This document shows positions 49,824 to 54,532 of a DNA stretch of 54,532 nt, one piece after another. Each line of letters opens with the position of its first letter. Position 1 is the first letter of the stretch. The notes below the pieces were generated by a model. It had not been told where the DNA came from and did not search any database. It saw only the letters and a list, made by a program, of their open reading frames with translations. Both the position numbers and the translations under genes were made by a program. The DNA is from Verrucomicrobiota bacterium (lineage in GTDB: Bacteria; Verrucomicrobiota; Verrucomicrobiia; Limisphaerales; Palsa-1400): positions 1 through 54,532 of the forward strand of contig JBEKYR010000036.1 of assembly GCA_049510745.1 (NCBI GenBank), written 5' to 3'.

Positions 49824-49986
49824 CACGAGCTTCTGACTCTGGTCCTGAATCCGTTCGACCTGACGCCGCCGGTCATTGCCACCCCGCGCGAGATCGTCCG
49901 CAAGTTTTTCCGATGGATATAGAGAAGAAGCTCGCCAAGATCGCGCCGAGGCGCGCACAATGCCGGAAGAATATGCGCGACACGAT

Positions 49987-51561
49987 ATGATTCGATGGTG
50001 GATCATTGCCTTCCTGGCCGGACTGGGCGGTTTGCGGGCGGCCCCTGCGTCCGATTCGGCGCCGGAGTTGTGGAACCTGGCCAAAGAGTCCGCGGACATT
50101 CACCGTTTCTCCACGCTCTTCACCGCGCAGGACGTTCGTGATTATTTGTCGGCGGAAACCAACCTTGCCGAAGCGATCCGGTGGTGCCAGGCGTCGGGCC
50201 TTACCAAGGTTTATCTGGAGGAATTCCGCGACGGTTACCAGGCTGATCGCGCAACTCTGGAGCGGGCGCGGGATCGTTTCCGGGCGGCGGGATTCCTGGT
50301 CTCGGGTTGCGTGACGACCACTCGCGTGGGCAAGCCCTCCGATCATTGGTCGAGCGTCATTTCCTGTTACACGGACCCCGCCACGCAAGACCATCTCCAG
50401 GCCGTCTTCGAGTACGCCGCCGGCCTGTTCGACGAGATTATGATTGACGACTTCTGGTTTACCGATTGCACGTGTTCGAATTGCGACGCGGCTCGCCGGA
50501 CGCAGCTCGCCACCGTCGGCCCAAAAGCCTATCCCGTCAGCGGCGACACCTGGTCGGACTACCGGCGTGAGTTGATGCTGCGGTTGTCCCAGGACCGGGT
50601 GCTGGCTGCCGCCAAACGGGTCAACCCCAAGGCGCGGCTGATCATCAAGTATCCGCAATGGTACGACGACTTCCAGGAACGAGGCTATGACGTGGCGCGG
50701 GAAACCGCCGCCTTCGACCGCATCTGGGTGGGCACAGAAAGCCGCGACTACACCGACTCGCGCTGGGGCGGCACTGCGCAGTACGAAAGCTATTTTATCA
50801 TGCGCTGGCTGGGCGGCATCGGCGGCGAAAAGTGCGGCGGCGGCTGGTACGACTGGCTGGGCACAACCGAACGCACTTATGTCGAACAAGCCCGGCAGAC
50901 CGTGCTGGCGGGCGCGCGCGAATCCATGTTGTTCTGCTTCGGCGGGCTTCATCGTGAGACCGGCCCGGCGGATATCGCGGCGTTGCGCGCGAACCTTCCC
51001 GAATTGCTCGCCGTCGCGCGCGAAGTCCGGCGCCGCCAGCCGCTCGGCCTGGCCGCTTACAAGCCGCCCAACAGCAGTCCGCAGGAGGAATTGCGCGTCT
51101 TCGATTTTGCCGGCATGATCGGCCTGCCCCTCGTCCCGTGCCATGAATTTCCCGCCGATGCCCCGGCCGCCTTCCTTTCCGTTCACGCCCTGGCCGACAC
51201 CAACCTGGCGGCGGAAGTGGGCGCTTTCATCCACACAGGGCGGCCGTTATTATTGACAGACGGCCTGGCCCGGCGGCTGGCGGACCGGGTCAACCTCACC
51301 GCAACCAACGTTTATGTGCTGGCCGTGAAAGCCCGGCCGGATTCCCTGCTCGCCCTGCCGCAAGCGCGCCTGGACGAACTTCGCGGGCCGCTGCTCAACG
51401 CCGTCCATGCCACCTTCCGCGCGCCCAACCGGGTCGCGCTCTATCTCTTCACCCAGGGCGGCTGGGTGGTGGAAAATTTCAACGATGCGCCCGTGCCAGT
51501 GGTGCTCAATGGCCGGCCGTTGGCCGTCGAGACGCGGGGTTGGCGCTCTTCCTGGCCATAG
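49987..51561 (+). CDS. Secreted hypothetical protein with glycoside-hydrolase-like TIM barrel
   Basis: Signal peptide MIRWWIIAFLAG...; DEIMIDDFWFTDCTCSNC; strong GC3 bias. Confidence 0.75.
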   Translation: MIRWWIIAFLAGLGGLRAAPASDSAPELWNLAKESADIHRFSTLFTAQDVRDYLSAETNLAEAIRWCQASGLTKVYLEEFRDGYQADRATLERARDRFRAAGFLVSGCVTTTRVGKPSDHWSSVISCYTDPATQDHLQAVFEYAAGLFDEIMIDDFWFTDCTCSNCDAARRTQLATVGPKAYPVSGDTWSDYRRELMLRLSQDRVLAAAKRVNPKARLIIKYPQWYDDFQERGYDVARETAAFDRIWVGTESRDYTDSRWGGTAQYESYFIMRWLGGIGGEKCGGGWYDWLGTTERTYVEQARQTVLAGARESMLFCFGGLHRETGPADIAALRANLPELLAVAREVRRRQPLGLAAYKPPNSSPQEELRVFDFAGMIGLPLVPCHEFPADAPAAFLSVHALADTNLAAEVGAFIHTGRPLLLTDGLARRLADRVNLTATNVYVLAVKARPDSLLALPQARLDELRGPLLNAVHATFRAPNRVALYLFTQGGWVVENFNDAPVPVVLNGRPLAVETRGWRSSWP

Positions 51562-52348
51562 CGCGCCGCGAGGTCAGCGCGTCCACGGTTCGTTGCAGTA
51601 TCTCTGCCGGCTTTCCTTCGGCGGAAACGCTCAGCAACAGGTCGCGCTGGCGGTAGTACTTGATGAGCGGCTCGGTGCTCCGGCGATAGGCCTCCATTCG
51701 GACGCGGATGGCTTCCGGACGATCATCCTCGCGTTGATAGAGCTTGCCCCCGCAGTGCGGGCAAGTATCCGGCGCTGGCAGTTTGTCGGTCACGTGAGCA
51801 ACGCCCTTGCAACTGGCGCAAATCCGCCGCCCGGCCAGCCGCTCGACGATCTGATCGATGGGCAATTCGTAATTGATGACCGCGGTCAGGGGCAGATTCT
51901 CCGCTTTGAGCAACCGTTCCAGGGCCTCCGCCTGGGCCACCGTGCGCGGAAAGCCGTCGAGCAAAAACCCGCCGGTGCAGCGCAGGCAATAAACCCGTTC
52001 GGAAATCAGCGCCAGCACCGTTTCGTCCGGCACCAATTCGCCGCGCGCCATGTAACCGATCGCGCTCTCCATGGCGGGCGTCCGCTGGCCGGGCGGCAAA
52101 GTCTTGGCGGCGCGGAAAATGTCGCCGGTGGAAAGGTGGCACGCGTTGGACCACTGGTGCAGGAGGTCGGCTTGGGTTCCCTTGCCCACGCCGGGCGCGC
52201 CCAGCAAGACCAGGCGGCGGACTTCTTTTGGCGTGGCCGGCACGGTGGGGCACCTGGCCGTCCCGCCGATCAGCCACGCGGCCCGCTCGCCGACGCGGAA
52301 TTGGGTGATGGGAATGGTGATGGACGAGGGAGCATTCTTTGTTTTCAT
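51506..52348 (-). CDS. adk: Adenylate kinase domain (may initiate independently at in-frame ATG 52348)
   Basis: LLGAPGVGKGTQA, HLSTGDIFR, GELVPD, LDGFPRT..QA, zinc lid CASC...CPHC, QREDD. Confidence 0.88.
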   Translation of the reverse strand: MKTKNAPSSITIPITQFRVGERAAWLIGGTARCPTVPATPKEVRRLVLLGAPGVGKGTQADLLHQWSNACHLSTGDIFRAAKTLPPGQRTPAMESAIGYMARGELVPDETVLALISERVYCLRCTGGFLLDGFPRTVAQAEALERLLKAENLPLTAVINYELPIDQIVERLAGRRICASCKGVAHVTDKLPAPDTCPHCGGKLYQREDDRPEAIRVRMEAYRRSTEPLIKYYRQRDLLLSVSAEGKPAEILQRTVDALTSRRAMARKSANPASRRPTAGH

Positions 52349-54079
52349 AGAAACTGAAGTCGTGCTTTGCGTTTGCGTCGTTGATTCGTTTGCGGGCCGC
52401 GCGTCCAGCGCATGTTCCTCGGCATACCACTCCGGTGATACCCGGCCATCCACGCAGGCGCGGTTCAACGGATAGACATCCGGATCAAAAATGACGTGAT
52501 AGAAATGCCAGACCACGATGGCCAGGCAAGCCAGAATTGCTTCGTAATAATGAATGGTCGTGGCCACATCGATCGACCAGCGCGGCAGCCAGTGGGTCGT
52601 GCCGAGCTTGAACCAGATCATCAAACCGGTCGCCCCCATGATAAGGGTTCCCCAAACCACCGCCCAATACTCCATTTTTTCCGCATAGCCAAACCGCCCG
52701 AACGCCGGCTTCTTCTTCGCCAATCCGGTCAGGTAGCAGGCGTTGGCCGCCACGTCGCGGGCATCTCTTGCGCTGGGCATCATGTCCTTAATCAGACTCC
52801 GGCCTTGTCGTGTGGCCAGAACGTAGCCGACATGATACGCCCCCGCCAGCAGCAACACAACCCCGGCGATGCGATGCCCCCAGCGCCGGATGCCTTCGTC
52901 GGACCCCAAAAGGCGCGCGATCCAGGAATCGGGGAATTTCAGCGCAAACCCGGTCAACGCCAGCACGATAAAGCTGAACGCCAACACGAAATGTTGCGCC
53001 CGCTGCGAAAAATCCATGCGCAACACGGTGCGCTCTTCGCGCCGGGCGCGCGCGGCGGCTTTGCGCCCGAACATCAGCGCGTTGTGCGCCGCCATCAGGC
53101 CGATCACCGTGAAAATCATCCCCAGGTAAATCTTGCGCACCCACCAATTGACGCGCTCCCCCAGGTTGTCGCCGGCTTCGGCCGCCGCGCTATCGACGTG
53201 GATTTTTCCCTGCGCGAACTTGGCGCTGGCGCCGGGATGGCATTGCCCGCACGTGGCCGCCAGATTGTCTTTGTAAATGGTCGAGCGCGGATCCGTCGAG
53301 GGCAGGATTTTATGCGCGCCGTGGCAACTGCCGCAATTGGCCGCCCGCGTCGAACCGTACTGCGCCGCCAGCCCGTGGTAACTGGCGAAAAACGTCTTCA
53401 CCCGGTCGGCGGGCAGATTGTACTTGGTATTAAGCCGCTCCGAGGCGTGGCACTTGCTGCAAATCTCCTGCGAAATCGCCAGAGACGAACTGTTCTTGAG
53501 CGCCCGCGTTTTGTGTTCCGAATGGCAATCGCTGCAAGTGGGGGCGTCCCGCCGCCCGGCGGCCAGCGCCTGGCCGTGAACACTTTCGATCACGTCCCGC
53601 GACTCTTGTTCGTGACATTGGCCGCAGGTCCTGGCCAGGTTGGAAAAATACAGCGGCGAAGCGGGCGCGGCCGCGGAGAGGATTCCGTGCGTGCCGTGGC
53701 AATCGATGCACTGCGGCGCGGCATGGGCGCCGGTGTGGACGCGCGCAATGCGGGCGTTGCCGTGGACACCCGTTCCATACGAGAGCGCTTGTTCTTCATG
53801 GCAGCGCGAGCAGTTGACCGGCCGCGCCGCAATGTTGTCGTCCGGATGTTTGGCCGTCAGATCACTGTGGCAACTGGCGCAGGAAGTCTTCTGATGCGCC
53901 GAGCCGGCGACGACCCCGGCCTCCACGAACACGGACCGGACGACTCCAGCCGTGTTGGTCGAGGTCAACGTTTTGTCGCCATGACACTCCAGACAATCGC
54001 TGTTTTTGATCTCGGCGGCGGTCAAGGCCGTTGCGCCCAGAAGCCCTGCGGCCAGGGTTATCATCAAGCCAGTGCCCAT
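51506..54079 (-). CDS. Nine-heme cytochrome c + FdnI-like cytochrome b + adenylate kinase in one reading frame
   Basis: Signal peptide; 9 CxxCH; TM region with QH, HR.AG, HYYEA, WHF; then an ADK domain. Confidence 0.8.
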   Translation of the reverse strand: MGTGLMITLAAGLLGATALTAAEIKNSDCLECHGDKTLTSTNTAGVVRSVFVEAGVVAGSAHQKTSCASCHSDLTAKHPDDNIAARPVNCSRCHEEQALSYGTGVHGNARIARVHTGAHAAPQCIDCHGTHGILSAAAPASPLYFSNLARTCGQCHEQESRDVIESVHGQALAAGRRDAPTCSDCHSEHKTRALKNSSSLAISQEICSKCHASERLNTKYNLPADRVKTFFASYHGLAAQYGSTRAANCGSCHGAHKILPSTDPRSTIYKDNLAATCGQCHPGASAKFAQGKIHVDSAAAEAGDNLGERVNWWVRKIYLGMIFTVIGLMAAHNALMFGRKAAARARREERTVLRMDFSQRAQHFVLAFSFIVLALTGFALKFPDSWIARLLGSDEGIRRWGHRIAGVVLLLAGAYHVGYVLATRQGRSLIKDMMPSARDARDVAANACYLTGLAKKKPAFGRFGYAEKMEYWAVVWGTLIMGATGLMIWFKLGTTHWLPRWSIDVATTIHYYEAILACLAIVVWHFYHVIFDPDVYPLNRACVDGRVSPEWYAEEHALDARPANESTTQTQSTTSVSMKTKNAPSSITIPITQFRVGERAAWLIGGTARCPTVPATPKEVRRLVLLGAPGVGKGTQADLLHQWSNACHLSTGDIFRAAKTLPPGQRTPAMESAIGYMARGELVPDETVLALISERVYCLRCTGGFLLDGFPRTVAQAEALERLLKAENLPLTAVINYELPIDQIVERLAGRRICASCKGVAHVTDKLPAPDTCPHCGGKLYQREDDRPEAIRVRMEAYRRSTEPLIKYYRQRDLLLSVSAEGKPAEILQRTVDALTSRRAMARKSANPASRRPTAGH

Positions 54080-54332
54080 GAATGAAGGGTGGCTCCGGGC
54101 GTGGCCCGCCGCTCATCATTGATTGGCCATTGTTTAGCAATTTTTGCGCGGACGATCATCTTCGTTTCCCCGTTTTTGGTGGTGTGTCCCAATCCTTGGC
54201 GGCTTTTTGGGAACCCATATTCGGGACGCGGTGCCCCGCGTCCACTGACATCTCAGCCGCCGGCGGAACTCGTTCCGCATCGAACGTCACCATTTGGTGG
54301 ACAGAATAAACACATCGCCAAGGATTGGGACG

Positions 54333-54532
54333 TATCTTGCCAATTCGCCGCTGGTGGGGCAGATTGTCTTCCAGCAAAGTGCCGCGACGCGGATGACGAC
54401 GAGCAAGCAATATGATTATTTGAACCGGTTGAGTTCGGTTTCCTCAACGCCGTCTAACTCCTTCGCCTACCAATACAACGCGGCCAACCAGCGGAACCTG
54501 GCCCGGTTGGCGGATGGAAGTTATTGGCGGTA
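54333..54532 (+). pseudogene. 5'-truncated Rhs/YD-repeat protein fragment (continues off the right edge)
   Basis: YLANSPLVGQIVFQQSAATRMTTSKQYDYLNRLSSVSSTPSNSFAYQYNAANQRNLARLADGSYWR; YD..NR and YN..NQR repeats; in-frame stop at 54246, internal ATG at 54393. Confidence 0.75.

Noticed and set aside
49436..49960. 175-aa N-terminal extension of hemE
   Set aside because: Non-homologous and overlaps intergenic DNA and a plus-strand small ORF

Overview
GC-rich bacterial chromosome segment. Gene content and intergenic repeat style suggest a Verrucomicrobia (Pedosphaera/Limisphaerales-like) organism; this is an inference. From left to right: (1) 2-oxoacid:ferredoxin oxidoreductase alpha/beta; (2) lysA bracketed by direct repeats; (3) a repeat-rich spacer, an ACT protein plus Hsp70 paralog, and tRNA-Leu(TAA); (4) a ~17 kb minus-strand accessory block with an SGNH esterase, GH2 glycosidase, PA14-domain sensor kinase, NarL-type regulator and two tandem passenger-repeat surface proteins, sharing a 16-bp palindrome upstream of both units; (5) a RelE/ParE-like TA pair convergent with rtcB, which has a sigma54-like promoter; (6) a flavin monooxygenase and small genes; (7) a four-gene dehydrogenase/ICL-family lyase/two-subunit hydro-lyase operon; (8) a 12-gene hemE-N-Y-H plus cbb3 oxidase superoperon; (9) a secreted GH-like protein; (10) a single ORF joining a nine-heme cytochrome c, a cytochrome b and adenylate kinase; (11) the start of an orphan Rhs fragment at the right edge. 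No CRISPR array, rRNA, integrase or transposase was recognised. All calls come from motif reading by eye; no searches were run.
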